A stretch of 64,000 nucleotides of DNA, taken from Octopus vulgaris (taxonomy: Eukaryota). Below, piece after piece: positions 27,128 through 41,749 of this stretch (position 1 is the stretch's first letter; each line of letters starts with the position of its first letter). The position numbers and the translations under genes were made by a program. The notes below the pieces were generated by a model. It was not told the DNA's origin, searched no databases, and was given only the letters and a program-made list of their open reading frames with translations. The stretch spans positions 79,484,001-79,548,000 of the forward strand of contig OX597827.1 of NCBI GenBank assembly GCA_951406725.2, in the 5' to 3' direction.

Positions 27128-28999
27128 TGTAATTCATTATTATTCATGTACATATGTGTATTTAAACCTAAAAAAGAAATCCTTGTTGATTTAATTATAT
27201 TAACATATGTAAACATTTAAATCTGATAAATGAAATTTGTAGTTTGGGAAATTGCTTTAAAAACTTCTGATATTGTCATTGTAAACAAAAACTGAACAAA
27301 GTGGAATATGATCAGCAAGGTACTACCTCTGCTGACAACAAAGAATCTCTTTCTTGGAGTGAATGACAGGATGTATGATGCATGTGTATAAAATGCTGTT
27401 GCATGGAATGAGACACGGGCCTTGAAAGCAGGTGTAGAATATGAGAGGGAAGATTATGCTGACATGAGCATGTGATCCATCTAGAGTATGCTAGTTGTGT
27501 AAAGAATGCTATGCAAAGCACTCCATGGAGATGGAACCTGTGGAAGAAGGAAGCCAAAAACATGGGTCAAGATAGGGATGACAAATCTCAAGAAGCTGAA
27601 ACTTGTCACAATATATTGTAGCCATGTATCACATGCTACCATGGAAAGATGGATTAAAAGTGAATAATGATGGTGGCAGTGATAAAGATGTGATATATAA
27701 TATGTTCATGTGCATCTCTCCTAAGTGTAATGTTCATTTTAAGTTTCCACACACTACTTCCCTCCCTTTGTTACTTCTTCATCTATCATTCATCCCTCTC
27801 TTGCTAAAGTGTGTCCCTGCTATCACCCTATCTCTCACTCATCATGTGCCCTTGTGCTGAGGAATGGTATTGCATTAGTGGAAGAGTATCTACTCAATCC
27901 TCATTTAACATCACCACTTCTTTATTGTTAGCTGTCAATCTCACTTATTATTGATATCCATCACTCCCACTCACCTGCCAGCCTCAATCTTAATAACTCT
28001 TTCTCATATTACTTACATATCTTTCACTCATTGCTAACACCCATCACTCTTTCTTTGTCAAAACACTTCTCTCTCCACTTGCTGTCTCTCACTACCAACA
28101 ATCCCTCTTCTATTACTGTCTCCTTCCTATTAATCTTTTTCCATCCTACCATTTGTACTGTCACTATCCAATATCCTCCTCTCTCCCCCCCTCTCTCTCT
28201 TGTTTTACTATTTTCCTTATTGTCCTCCTACCTCTATGGCTCCGGTTCTCTTTCATTACTCTCTGATGAAGAAGGGAGTAAAAGCAAAGTTTAGAGGATT
28301 TTTCAGTCCTGCTGAGAATATGACAGCCCTGCTAGTGTTAGTGCTACATTAAAATGCACTTAGTATACTCTGTAAAATGGTTGGTAAGGGGATAGGCATC
28401 CAACCATAGAAATATACATGTCAAAAGAAAACAGAAATAAGACATGGTCCCCTGAATAAGAACAAACTCAGTCTGTGACAACCTTCCAACCCATGCTTGG
28501 CCTGAAAAAGATGATATAAAATGATGTTGATGTTGAACTCAGTGTAACCATCTGTTACTCTTCCTTTATAATTTTATGAAACTATGTATCCTCTCCTTTC
28601 CCACATCTAACCTACTGACTGTTTCCTCTCTTATGTTCATCTTCTTATATCTAGAGAGTTTGCTCTGGCACAACTATCTTTATCTTCTTCCTGGCAACTT
28701 CTACTCACCCTTATGCAATTTTGAGTAGCTATATGTCTCCTCTATAGCAAAACACATGTGCTTGTCTTGTTATCATACTTTAGTCTCTCAGCACTAGGCA
28801 TATACCCACCTTCTGCTTCTAAATACTACCCCATCCATCACTTAGTTATGAGGTCTTTACTCCTTGTCTGTACTTTTTATGATGACCTCACAAGAGCTGG
28901 TGTCATGAAAAATGCACGCAGTCCACACTGTAAAGAGGTTGGCATTAGGAAGAGCTTCCAGCCATAGAAACCTTGCCAAAGCTGACACTGAAGCCTCAG

Positions 29000-30200
29000 C
29001 ACAGCCCTGAAGCTGAGTAAATAGTGCTATAGATTTTGGAGAGATGGTTCTTAAGAAGACTTGTGGAGAAGGCTTGAAAGGTGAGGCACAGATTGGGTAC
29101 AGGAGCATAGACATGAACAGTTTGCTTTTAGGACCTCATTTTTGCTGAGATGGGTGTATGTTCTCAAGCACAGTGAATCACCAATCATCTTAGACCTTTG
29201 TCACTTCATTCATGAAGCTGAACAACCTCAGGTCAATCTTTACTACTTCATTCCAAGTCTTCCTAGGTCTCTCAGTTCTGCAGGTTCCATCTACATTTAG
29301 TGATTGGCACTTCTCTATGCAGCCGTTTTTATCCATATGCATCACATGACTATGCCAGTGCAGTCTTGTTCATTACATCTGATATCTCTTACAAACTTTG
29401 CATTTTGTCATATGTATACACTGATGTTGCACATCCAGAGAGGTGTGCTAGTTTCATTTCTTTCTAGTTTTCACATTTCCTCTGCATTTATGGACAACTA
29501 TGTAGCATTACTGTTCATACACGAGTATCATACAATCTGCTTTCACTCAGAGAAAGAAGCCTTTTGTTGCCAACAGTGGTAACACCTTTCTTAACATTCT
29601 CCTGCTGGTTCTTATTCTAGCAACCATTCATTCAGAGCACACCCACTCCTAATTAGGTACCAAATAAAAAAAAAAACATCCGTTGTCTACTTCCTCTAAA
29701 GATACTCCTGGGTTCTAGAGAAAATTTATTTTCCTTGTGTTCTTATTGCTTCTGCACATCTACTGCAAAGTCTACTTTCTGGCTTAAACTTCATGTGACT
29801 CCATGATTCTGTTACCTCATAAGTTTCCATAATCTTCACTGGGTACACCTTATGGAATTTCTACTAAAACTTTTGCTATATATCAGATAGGGCCATTTTA
29901 CAAATGGGACCAGTGTTCTCTCTGTTTCCCTGCTTACTAGAACTTTGATCTTTGTTAAATTAGCTTTATTAGCTTTAAGATCCTTCTATTCTATGTTTTC
30001 TTCATATAAACACTGGGAATTTCTTTTTTTAATTCTACTACAGATTCAGCTATAAGAACAAGGTGATCAGAACAGAGGACAACTGGTTTTAAACTCCTCT
30101 GGCATGAATCAAAAGGACTATGATAAATAGGAGGGGACTGAAAGCTGAGCCCTAGTGAACTCCTACCTCCACAATAAATTTGCTGCTGTACTCTTTCTAA
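29000..30200 (-). mobile_element. Degraded RTE-type LINE reverse-transcriptase/3' fragment
   Basis: Minus strand near 30120-30165 encodes GVH*GSAFSPLLFIIV (RT QGxxLSP motif); heavily disrupted; boundaries approximate. Confidence 0.65.
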
Positions 30201-30404
30201 TTGTTGGTGTACTTGTGTATATGTGTGTGTGTTTGTATCTTTATATAATCAATTAATTAACTACAGAGAAAAATGAATAATAAAAGGTAACACTAGAAGT
30301 TATTATATGATGGTCTAGGAAAAACAAATGAAAAAATTGCAACAAAATATATCTGAAATTTTGAATTATTCCACTGAAAAATTTAGTACGAATGAATTTA
30401 TATT

Positions 30405-30471
30405 AATATTATATTATATTATATTATATTATACTATATTATATCATATAATATTATATTATATTATATAC

Positions 30472-30545
<74 letters not shown>
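30405..30545. repeat. (ATATT)n followed by (TA)n microsatellite
   Basis: Visible compound tandem repeat. Confidence 0.95.
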
Positions 30546-30546
<1 letters not shown>

Positions 30547-30943
30547 TATACACATATATATTTAGATATTTAATATACTACTTAAATGGAGTGAAATTGG
30601 ACATTACCAATAGACAATCAATACTCCTTGTTGAAAGCAATTTATAGATAAATCATGTTAGATTATATATGAATTATAGCAATGTATATTAAAATATATA
30701 AGTAAATATTTGACAAATGAATATTTGTATGATTGTAGCTATTAATAAATATGTGTCTTAAAGTATATAGAAATTGCTGCAGAAATAGCTCTTGGAAATG
30801 GCTAAATCTTTGTATATATCTCTAGTTTTGAATCTATGTATATATCATGAAAAACACTATCTATTATATAATTGTCAAATCTTAGAATTCAAGCAAAAAT
30901 TAACAAAGTATTTAGAATAAAATTACAATATAGAGTGACTTAC

Positions 30944-31075
30944 CTAAATTGTTTAATCCTTTGTTTGTGCCACTTTCAGAAGACATTGATTCTTCCATAC
31001 TGTTCCTGTATAACTGCTGCTATAGTAGGGTGACAATGGAAGTATCTTAATGGTGAAGAATGTGAGTCATAGTAG
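30944..31075 (-). promoter_or_regulatory. Conserved promoter / non-coding first exon of gene C
   Basis: TGACTCA at 31063-31069; CTACTATAGCAGCAGTT; ends GGATTAAACAATTTAG|GTAAGT. Confidence 0.7.
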
Positions 31076-31903
31076 GAGTTAGCTACATTTTAAAGTATTG
31101 TATTTATCCATATATATTGTGTTTATTAAAATTAATTTTTATTTTGCAGAATGATTGAATATTTAGTAATGAGCTTTATAAGTGATTTTAATATTATTCA
31201 ATCTATTGAAAATATACGCAGCTACCAAATTACCCCCTATACATTAACACTTATGATTTGCTCACATGATATGCAAACACAGACACTATAAGACTACGTA
31301 AAGCATTAATTCGAATCCCAGTGTCAATTTCATAAGATATATTGCAGTATATTGAACTAGAAAATAATTATTTAAATTATATATAAATTTTAGGCTCTCA
31401 AAAATCTTATTCATGTTATATCATTATTTATTCATAATTTTAATGATAATCCTTGACTAGAAAATCATTTTTTATTAAAATAGTGAATTATTTGTGGATA
31501 GGATAGATGATGGCAGAAATTGCATGCTGGCATAGAGGTTTTCTAGTATAAGTGTTTGTTCATTTTCTGATCTATCATTGTTTGAGGCAAAATAATTCCT
31601 TTCTCTTCTAACATCGTTTAAAATGTGTGCCACTAATATATGAGTGAGGATTCACTATATTATGTCCTTTTACTTGGCATAGGGTATGTACAATATTTGT
31701 GAATATTTTGAGTTTTAGATTTTCACATTTGTTTACCTTTTAAGGTACAAATTTAATGGAAGTAATTGAAAAAAATATCTTTTAATTTTAAATGTGGTTT
31801 AATTGGTTTTATTCTGTTTTAAAATTTTGTTTTTTGTTTTATAGATGTTAAAAATTAAAAATAAATAAAGAGTGGGCAAATATACTGTATCATTTCGTGT
31901 TGA

Positions 31904-31992
31904 CTATTTCTTGTATACTGGTTCAAGATATGTGTCTTGTTCATGTTCACCCTTTGGCATTGGTGGTATGTTTGGTGTGTAGTTACCATATT
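31904..31992 (-). CDS. Pcdh: Protocadherin D terminal coding exon (89 bp)
   Basis: tcttccag|AATAT; (E)YGNYTPNIPPMPKGEHEQDTYLEPVYKK*; spliced product 883 aa. Confidence 0.88.
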
Positions 31993-32354
31993 CTGGAAGA
32001 AACAAAAATACTTTATACAATATACATTATCATACAGTATAAAATATACGTTATCTAACATACAGTATTTAAGTAGATTATATATCATTTTTAAAAAATT
32101 ATTTTCTATATCCATGAAAAGTGAAAAAAAAATTGTTTGATTCTAAATTCATCTTACTATAATTACGTTTTATTTGAACATTTTGTTAGATTTAGCTGTA
32201 TATAGTAAAACACTCTTTTAATTTATTCCTTGTGTATTTTATGTAAAGCCCTTCTATTACAATAGAAATGATTTACTGTTATAATTATGATAGAATTGTG
32301 CTTGTGAGTTTATAAGAAATTAATATCTATTTTTAATGATATTTCACACGTTAC

Positions 32355-32502
32355 CTGATATCTGATGTGTAATATCTCCTTCACTCCATCCACGGCCACG
32401 ATCTCTTTGAGATGGTAATGTATCACTTAGGTTGTTTGATGTCACAATGCTGCTGGTGTCATTTTGCTCACCAGATCCATCTGAAACCTGCTTATTATAG
32501 AT
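32355..32502 (-). CDS. Pcdh: Protocadherin D cytoplasmic exon (148 bp)
   Basis: atgacag|ATCTAT...TATCAG|gtaacg; IYNKQVSDGSGEQNDTSSIVTSNNLSDTLPSQRDRGRGWSEGDITHQIS. Confidence 0.9.
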
Positions 32503-33624
32503 CTGTCATCAAAATAAAGTTTTATATACTTATTTTAGAGGTTAGGGTGTACATTATTATATATTTATGAAATGTATTACTATGGGAAACATAATTCTGA
32601 AATAAACTTACATTTACAATCTTTAGAACTCTTTAATATGTGATACTTAATACATTGAATTCAATATTGAAACTGCTATAATGAAGCTTAAATTCTAGTG
32701 AGTTTGTGCTATATTCAAATGTTGGTCAGAATGTTATAGATACAGTATATTTATAACATTTAGGAAATTAGATTAAAAAATTTGTTTTGATCCACAGATC
32801 CAGTACTTCAGTTATACATGACACAGTTAAGTTGAAAACTGGACCCTATATGATAAATGATCAAATATCATCAGGCTTACCAGTCTCAGAGGACTTGCTA
32901 AAAAACATAGGGTCTGCCCTTTCCCCCAGAATAAGCAAGCAAAAACAAAAAAAAAAGACAAATTGTAATAATTTGATATGAAGTAAACTTTTCTTAGAAA
33001 AATTTAATTTTGAATGTTATATTTTTGTCTTTCAGCACATGTACATTTCCTTCTGAAACTTAACTGATAGCATATTAACATCCATAGTTACAGCTGTATA
33101 TTTGAGAAGTTTTTTAAGTTCATAGAAAGGGTTGGAGTTGTTAAAAACATTGACTGTACATCTTAAAGTATAAAAAAAGACTATGAAGTCACATATATGT
33201 ACATGTATTTGTATATTAATATATATATATATATATATATTAATATATATGTATATGTATGTATATATGTATGTGAATATGTATATGTGGAGAAAGAAAT
33301 GATCAAAAACGAAAGATGAGAAGAGAAGGGAAAAGATATAGGAGGAGGTAGGGAAAGAATAAATACAGTATAAAATGAAGAGAAAAGAAGATAGCATAAT
33401 GATAAAGAATATATAACATATAAGCGATTCAGGTTCAGGTATAGTGATGAGAGTTTGTTGATGAACTTCAGACTGAAACAGTAGAAACCCATTGTGTGAT
33501 GTTACAGCTGCCCTGTACTGCAAGTGAATGTAATGAAAATAGGGATCCTTCAGAAAAAAACATTCTAAAACAATTCAAATCTATGTAAATATTTCAGAAG
33601 AAAACTATAACTTTCATGGTTAAA

Positions 33625-34630
33625 TACGAGGGTTGGACTGAAAGTAATGGTGTACACTCCTTCTTGTTCTTTTTCCTTGTATGGAGTTCAAGCGGAACCA
33701 TGCCATCATTGAGTTCTTTACAAAAGCGGAATTTATTGAGATGACACCACTAACCAAAGCAATGTGCATAAATAGATGAAGTTTAAAGAAGAGGAAATAA
33801 ACATTGAAGACAAACTACACAGTGGGAAACCATCAGCTGTAATAACTGACATGACTCATGAGAGAGTAGATGAACTGATCTGTGTGCACAAATTACAATC
33901 CATAACTTGTTCAAACAACTGGACAGTGGCCAATGTGTTATAGAAGATAGAATTTGGCTACAAGAAAGTGTGTGCAATGTACTCTGGCAGTTGACATCTG
34001 TTTCAAAGAAAGAAGATGGAAATCTGCTCTGATCTGCTGGAAGAATTTGAAGTCAATGAAGACATTCTTTTTTTTGCTCTCAAAGGATGAAGTGTGGTCA
34101 TCTTTTTATGATCTAGCAAAGGAGGCTCAGTCCATAGAATGGCATCACATCTCTTCTTCAAGGCCTAAGAAATTCAAGAGCCAACAAACAGAACAAAAAA
34201 TTTTGGTGACTGTATTTTGGGATAACATGGACGACATTCTCTTTGATTTTCTGGAATGTAAATGTACTGTAAACAGTGAGCAGTGAAAAGTACATTAAGA
34301 AACTCAAAAAAGTTAGAGAAGCCTTTTGGAGGAAGAGACTGAACAAGAATCTGAAAATGATCTACATTCACCTTGACAATATACTGTCATATACAACTTT
34401 GGCATTAAACTGGGCTGGTCAGTTGTATCTTCTTCCTCATACAGCATCTGCTTGTTCAGTCTAATGAAGGATGCTTTTTGAAGACAATAATTTGATGATA
34501 CAGATGAGGTAAAATGGCTATAAAGAAGTCAATGCAATAGGGAATACCTTAAATTTTTAGAAAGAAGATTTGATAGTTGGGTTCAATGACGATGCAAACA
34601 CACTACTTGTGACAGAAAATACGTTGAGTT
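33625..34630 (+). mobile_element. Degraded mariner transposon
   Basis: TACGAGGG-type terminus at 33625; ORF 33954..34286 QSIEWHHISSSRPKKFK...KILVTVFWDNMDDILFDFLE...TVNSE matches the mariner catalytic region; stops and frameshifts. Confidence 0.85.
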
Positions 34631-35725
34631 GCACTTTTGTATAGGGGAAGAGTTACTCTATCAACAATTTGAACAATCTATGTCAGTTAATGAAATATTA
34701 TGACCACTTTTGCATTGCTTTTGGTCCAACCCTTGTGGATTAAAAACATTTGGCATAGTTATTACAATAGAGAAAATTAGCTTGAAAATAATAGAAGTTT
34801 TATAATGAATGATTAAAAGGAAGAACATCCAAGGAAACAAACCTATTTCACTTAACCAGAAATAATTCATTTTTGTTTTGATCTGGGGATGAATCCCTCA
34901 TTGCAGTGGTCAGAATTCACATTATGGAAACTACATTTTGACAATAACTTAGGATATACTGTGACCTGCAATTTTATGGCAGGCACTATTAGTTTCTAGG
35001 ATTGTAAGACTCCTGTTGCATTGAATCTACTTTTGCAAGAGAAGACAATAATACAGCCTTTTCAATTTTCCAACTGGAATATTCTTGAACATCTTTGGTT
35101 TCAGATGAAATAGGAAGTTTGACATCAAGCTCTGATGCTCAAACTATTCAGAGCTTATTTACAGCCATGGCAACATATGAATATATCTACATAAGTTAGT
35201 AAATTAATGAATACTAGGAGTATCTATAAAGTCAATAAAATACCTCGACAAATCTTAGGTATATCTGGTGACATTTAGTTTTTCATAGGTAGATACAAAG
35301 GTTGTTTCTGTGCTTACATCATAGAGATTTTAGATTCATGAATATGTATTAGCTGATGTTGCATAGCATATGAAAAATTAAGGATACAAATATTGCTGAA
35401 TGGTTAAGAAGTTTACATTTTGACCTTGATACTCTGAATTCAGTTCCACTGTATGATATTGTTGGAAAATGTCTTAACCAGAGTATTAGGTCAATCTACA
35501 GCTAGTGGTTGATGGAAAATGAAAGTTTGCCAAGGGAACTGTACTTGTGAAAGGGCTAGCATTGTCATACACAGTAACATGCTAATTTGACCAGAGGATT
35601 GTGTTAAAGATGCCAGTGTTTGTGGTATGCTCAGTTACCTATGTTATATTTTGATAATAAATAGTCAATCATCAAAACAAACAGAAACTGTTCATTTTTA
35701 GCTTTTAGAATGTCTCATTTGGTTA

Positions 35726-38100
35726 TCTATATTATACTAAAACTCAAAGTTTGTCTGTCTGTTTTCCTACCCTTTGATTAAAATGGTAAAGATTGCGAAT
35801 AAAATAGTCATTTTCCCCTTTAAGAAAAAAAAGTCAAGTCAAAAATGTTGATTCGTGGCAGTGACTCTTCAATGATTTATTGCAGCTATTGCCATCTGTC
35901 CTTTTTCTCACTTTCTTTTTCCTTCCCTTAATCATTTATACTACTTTAGGAGAGATGTGGACTGAAAGATAGAAATTCTCCCTTTATTTTTATGAAATAT
36001 TTTTATCAGAATTCATAAGAATATTTTTCCCAGATGCCACCAAAAAGGCCTGGTTTGAGCTTTTCAACACTTGAAGCCAAAAGGATCAGAGGAAGGGAGA
36101 GGTATCAATTAAACAGAGAAAGATGGCTGAATCAGAAAAGAGTGCAATTAAGACTTGAAACTGAAGAACAGAAACAACATAAATTGGAAAGACAACAAAG
36201 CCAACATTTAAACAAAAATTATAATCAAAGTCTGAGAGACTAGAGCAACATTGAATGTGACATCAACACATTCCTTTAGATGAAAATCATAATCAAAGGA
36301 CTGAAAGACTAGAGTAAGACTGAATGAGACAACAGCAAGTTAATTTGAATAAAAATGAAGAACAGAAACAACTTTGGAAGAATGGATCATATGCCAAAAG
36401 ATTTCCCAAAGAATACTTGCAAAGTACTGTCTGTGGAGAAGATTCTTATCCTCTCTATAGACAAAGATCAGTTGCAATGTGAGGAGTTGAAGCTCATTAC
36501 AATGAAAAAACAATTAACAACAAATGGGCTGTATGTTATAATGAACTCTTTTAAGAACATTCAAATGCCACTGCCATGTCGGAATTATTGCCTCAGTGAG
36601 GTTAATTAAGTACATCAGCAAGTATATGCTGAAAAGAAATGACCAAGCTGCTGTTCAAATAAACAATGATAATGAAATTAGTCAATATCAAATAGTAAGT
36701 ATAGTGAACCATGAAAATCAGTTGCATCCATTTAGGATTTTCAATCATGAAAGAGAACCTGCAATAGTGAAACTGCAAGTTTGTCTACCAGGTGAACAAA
36801 GAATATTGCTCAGAAGTAATTAGGATATGGCTGCCAGTGAATGAATTATGAGAACAGCATTGACAGAATTATTTCCATTGTACATGACTTCGCAAAAACA
36901 TTGCTTTATGCTGAAGTACCCATGTATTTCACCTGGAACAGTACTAACAAAGAATGGCAAAAAAGAAAGTGAGGAAAAAAGGTTGAAGGCCATTGGAACG
37001 TTTTCAAAGAAGAAACACTCTGTCATGTTTATGTTGCCACACTAAGAGCAGGAGAACTATATTATTTAAGAATTTTATTGCATAAAGTTCATGGACCTGA
37101 AAATTTCATTGCATTATGAACATACAACAGAATGATCCTTCCTAACTTTAAGGATTAATACCATGTAAGATACACTAACAACAAGGCTTCCTAAAGAAAT
37201 GAGGGACTTAGTCCTCATGATCCTCACTCATGGAGATTTGTCAGATGCATTAGCTCTTTGGAAGAAATTCAAAGATTCCATGTCAGATGACTTCTTGAAA
37301 GAACAACAACTGAGGAATGATCTTTGTCTATTATGTCAACAAAGGCATCATGATGGATCACTGCAGTATGTACCAGAAAAACTGAAATGTTTTTAAAAAA
37401 AAGCTGGAAGATTTCAATTTATCATTTCCTTGCAATAATGAAGAGACTGAAATCAATCACGAATTTTTGCATGAATTGAACTATGAGATAGATGAGCCGT
37501 GAAATATTGTTGCGGAAAGAACACCACTGCTTAATGAAGAGCAACAGACCATTTATAATCATATTGTCAGATGGTTGAACATGAATTCCTCATCATTCAA
37601 TTTCATTTAGGCACCAGGAGGAACTGGAAAAACTTTCCTCACAAATACCTTATTAGCTTATGTCAGAGGTAAATGTCAAATAGCTCTTGCTGTTACTTCA
37701 TCAGGAATTGCTGCTATGTTGATGCCGAGTGGCTGGATGGTTTATTCCAAATTCAAGATTCCAATCTCAATTCAAGAAAAGTCAGTCTGTGACATTGATA
37801 AGAAATCCAAATTAGCATAAATCATTTGAGGAGTAAAACTTACCATTTGAGATTAAATATCAATATGAAAAGCATGCTCTGAAACTTAACCAAACACTAA
37901 GAGATACCTGCCACAAAGATCAACCATTTGGTGGAATCATCACCATTTGTTGTGGAAATTTCAAACAACTTTTAGCAATTGTTAAGAGAGGAACAAACGT
38001 TAATATAGTCAATTCAAGCATCAAAAGATCCTCTTTATAAGGAAATTTGAAAAATTTAATAACATCACAGTATGTTGTGCCAAAATGAGAAAGAACTATG
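35726..38100 (+). mobile_element. Degraded Helitron (Rep/PIF1-helicase remnants)
   Basis: A|TCTATATTATACTAAAA...GTTTGTCTGTCTG 5' end; KYISKYMLK (Rep); APGGTGKTF at 37611; SSGIAA; PFGGI...CGNFKQLL (PIF1 helicase motifs); many stops. Confidence 0.85.
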
Positions 38101-38208
38101 AAATCATAAGGTAATGATATTAAAGCAAAGAACTGAAATAACTAAATAAAGTACAGCAATTAAACCTAAAGAAAATAAACATATTTACAAAAGTTATTGT
38201 TTAAGTAC

Positions 38209-40623
38209 CTGTGGTGTGGGTGGTAATCTTCTGGGTGTTGTTGAGAATTTCCATTCACCGACTGTTTGTTCCATTTCAGGATAGTAAGGACTTTTCTGAT
38301 TTATTGACTGAAGATTTCTGTTAAATATATCTTCTGCATTTCTTGTTATTGCAACAGGATTGTTAGTCTGATACAGAATTTGTCTCATTTCAGTCCTTGA
38401 GAGAAATTTTGGATTATTTTTTTCTCCAGAAGAATTATTGAAGTGATTAATACATTTGAAAACACACATTGTTATTGACACTACAACAGCCACAGATAAT
38501 ATTACAGCTGCTGCCACAATGATAATTATCCAAGTCATATTCAGGTTGTTATCAGACTGTGAGTGGATAGCAGTCAACATTGGAGATGTATCGTTACTAA
38601 CAAACAGTGTTAGTATGATAGCAGTTGTTGCTGATTGAACTGGAGTACCACCGTCTTTCACTATAAACTGCAGCTCATACGTTCCTGCATTATTTTGGTA
38701 AACTGTGCGAGAGAAAGATAACACACCATTGTGTGAGTTCACTGTAAACAGGTTTTTATCATTGGATCTCAGTATTCCATATGTGAGGAAAGCATTGTTT
38801 CCAGTGTCTTTGTCAGATGCTTTCAGAATTGTGATGTCCTTCTTACTGTGTGGATGGTAGTGGACATCTAGATTGTAAGGGTCATTATTAGGAAAGATAA
38901 AATAAGGTGCATTATCATTTTTATCTAGAATCTCTATAAGAATGTTGGCAGTATTATTCAGAGAAGGTGTTCCATTGTCTTTGACTAATACCTGTAAATT
39001 ATAGATGTCTTTCACTTCTCGATCTATTGGTTGTGATGTAGAAATAAATCCATATTTTGTCAGTTGGAAAGGAATGTTATCATTGTTGTTATCATTGATG
39101 ATAGAATATGTAAGTTGGCCTCCATCTCCAAGATCAGGGTCTGTAGCATTGATGAAGCCAATAGGGAAATCAACTTTCTGGTTTTCATAGGTGAGGAATT
39201 GGAATGTCTCTTTGGTAAAATGTGGTTCTACATCATTGACATCAGTTACTTTGACAGAGAACTGTTTCTTAGTCTTTAATGGAGGTGATCCCATGTCATG
39301 ACATACAATCGACACAACATAATGGTCTATAGTTTCTCTGTCAAGAGGTTCTTTCAACAATATTTTATATTCTTTAGAACCCATATTAGAAAGCTGAAAT
39401 ATTTTATGGTGAATATTACATTTAATTTGTCCATTGGCTCCTCTATCAGTGTCAGTGACCATAACATAAGCTATAAAACTCCCAATTTTACTTCCTTCTG
39501 AAATAGCAGTAGAAGTCTTTGTTAAAGGTGATATAAAATCTATATTTATTGCTGGAGCATTATTTTGATTGTTAATTACATTTATAATCAACGTTGACAT
39601 GGAGCTTAATGAAGGATTTCCACCATCCCTAGCTTCAACGTATAACTGGTATTTACTTTCCTTATTTCTAAAGAAATTATCATTGATGAAGATTTCTCCA
39701 GATTTATGATTTAATTTGAAATACTTTTTATCATATTCATTTGTATTTCTATGTAAAAAATAATTAATATTTCCATTTTGACCAAAATCTAAATCTGTTG
39801 CCGATAAAACAAAAACAGGAGAAGATATATGATGTGTGTCACTGATGGTGGTATTATATGATTTTTGTGTAAATGTAGGTCTGTTATCATTGACATCAAT
39901 AACAGATATTTCAATGGTCAGAATACCTTCCTTTGGTGGTGAACCTCCATCTCTAGCAAGCAACTGTAACATATATGTGTCTTTTAATTCTCTATCTAAC
40001 ATTCCTTCTAGAATTATTTTAAGTAAATTTATTCCATCAGATTCTTTAAATATGGAGAGTGAGAATGTTTTGCTTTTATCTTTGAGTTTATATACTATCT
40101 TAGAATTTGGAAGACTAATGTCTTTATCAACAGCATTTGGTACTGATTTTGTTGAACCTTTTGCCTCAGTTTCATCAAATTCTAATTTTATTTGATCTTC
40201 TGGAAACTCTGGTTGATGATCATTAATATCGTCTATAATTATTTTAATGTTTAATATCTTTAGAAATGTTTCCTCTTTCCTTACTGCTACTTTAACAGTC
40301 CTAGAGCATTCTTTCTTGTAAACACAAAGTTTTTCAGCATCCAATGTTTGAGTAGTATATAGTTTTCCTAAGCTTGTGACATTAAATAAGTGAGAACCAC
40401 TTGATACTGTTCTCTGTAGTTGTGTAAATGTAATGAGTGTGAGCTGTTGATGTGTAAGAGGATTTGATAGGTTAGAGTCAGCTGCAATATCTCCAATGTA
40501 TGTGTGTGGACTGTCTTCTTCATTGACATGGTAAATGTAGTCTATCGACATGACAGAATACATTAGTCCATAGAAAAGGTAAAACTGCAAAGTATTGCTT
40601 GTCATCTCATTATTGTAATTCAT
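38209..40623 (-). CDS. Pcdh: Protocadherin D, large exon
   Basis: 809-aa ORF, six EC repeats + TM; donor CAG|GTACTT at 38209/38208; acceptor tttttag| at 40650/40649. Confidence 0.97.
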
Positions 40624-41749
40624 TATTATTCATGGATATACCTCAAAATCTAAAAAGAATATAAAAGAAATTGCTTGAATCAAACAGTCATTATACAGAA
40701 ATATTAATATGGAGAAAATATGTATACTAAAATCAAGTGTACGAAAATTTATCATGTAATATAATCAATAATATTTAGAAATGTTTGTAACATTATGAAA
40801 TAATGAAGTAAAATTTTGATAGTCTCATATGTGCCCGTGGCCAGTTTTCTGAATGAAGCAAAATCCATACTTGGTACAACATAGAAGTATATTCCATAAT
40901 TATAAAAAAAATTTAAATCATAGTAAATAAAATTATCTCTTCACATATATAAAGTGATTAGACTGAGAAATTATTGCCTCTATATCCAAAATTAGACATG
41001 ATAAGAGATTTTAACACATAAACTGTGCTATTTGCTTTTATGAAGTTTTTATGAAAGTTTTCTCATTATGAACTTATTCCTAAGATTGAAATTACTGAAT
41101 TACAGATTGTAAATAATGTAAAAGAAACACATTATTTTTCAAACACTATCATTGCATCTATTTATCATACTTAGCTGTTAAATGGAATTTGATGTTAGGT
41201 CACTTGTGGGTGCATCTGGCAATATCTAACCCAGTCCAACTTGTTTCATAATTAGGTTGTTGCCTACAGAGCTGTTAATTCCACCAAACTTGCATGGTGT
41301 GAAGGGTGATTTTGGATAAGCTGCAGGATGAATAACAAAACTTATCAAAGAGCAGGTAAACTTAGATAAGTCATTAGCCATCCAATAAAACATATATATA
41401 CAGGTTATATATGTGTATGTTAGTGAAATGTTCATATTTCATTCAAATGAAGCATGGAAGAAATAAGTAATCTTCATCTCCCCAGCATTAAAGTTGGCAG
41501 CAGCAGGCTAATGGGGCAACTTTGAGGTGGAAACATAAAGTCATACAGGATTAAAAGCTATGATGCAGAGTAAATATTGAAAACAGTTTTATGACCTGGA
41601 TATGCACAAAGTTTGATATCTTTTTTTCTCCTAAATATTTTGTTTTGATATTCAAAGTGAAATAATCTATGTAGTCACTTGGTCTCTTGAATGTTCTGCC
41701 AAGTCTCTTAACAATGTAACTAATAATATTAATAGTAATAATAATAATA

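Noticed and set aside
4613-33523. ORFs rich in YI/CV/HT repeats (4613, 10062-10410, 30328, 33032)
   Set aside because: Translations of (TA)n and (CA)n microsatellites
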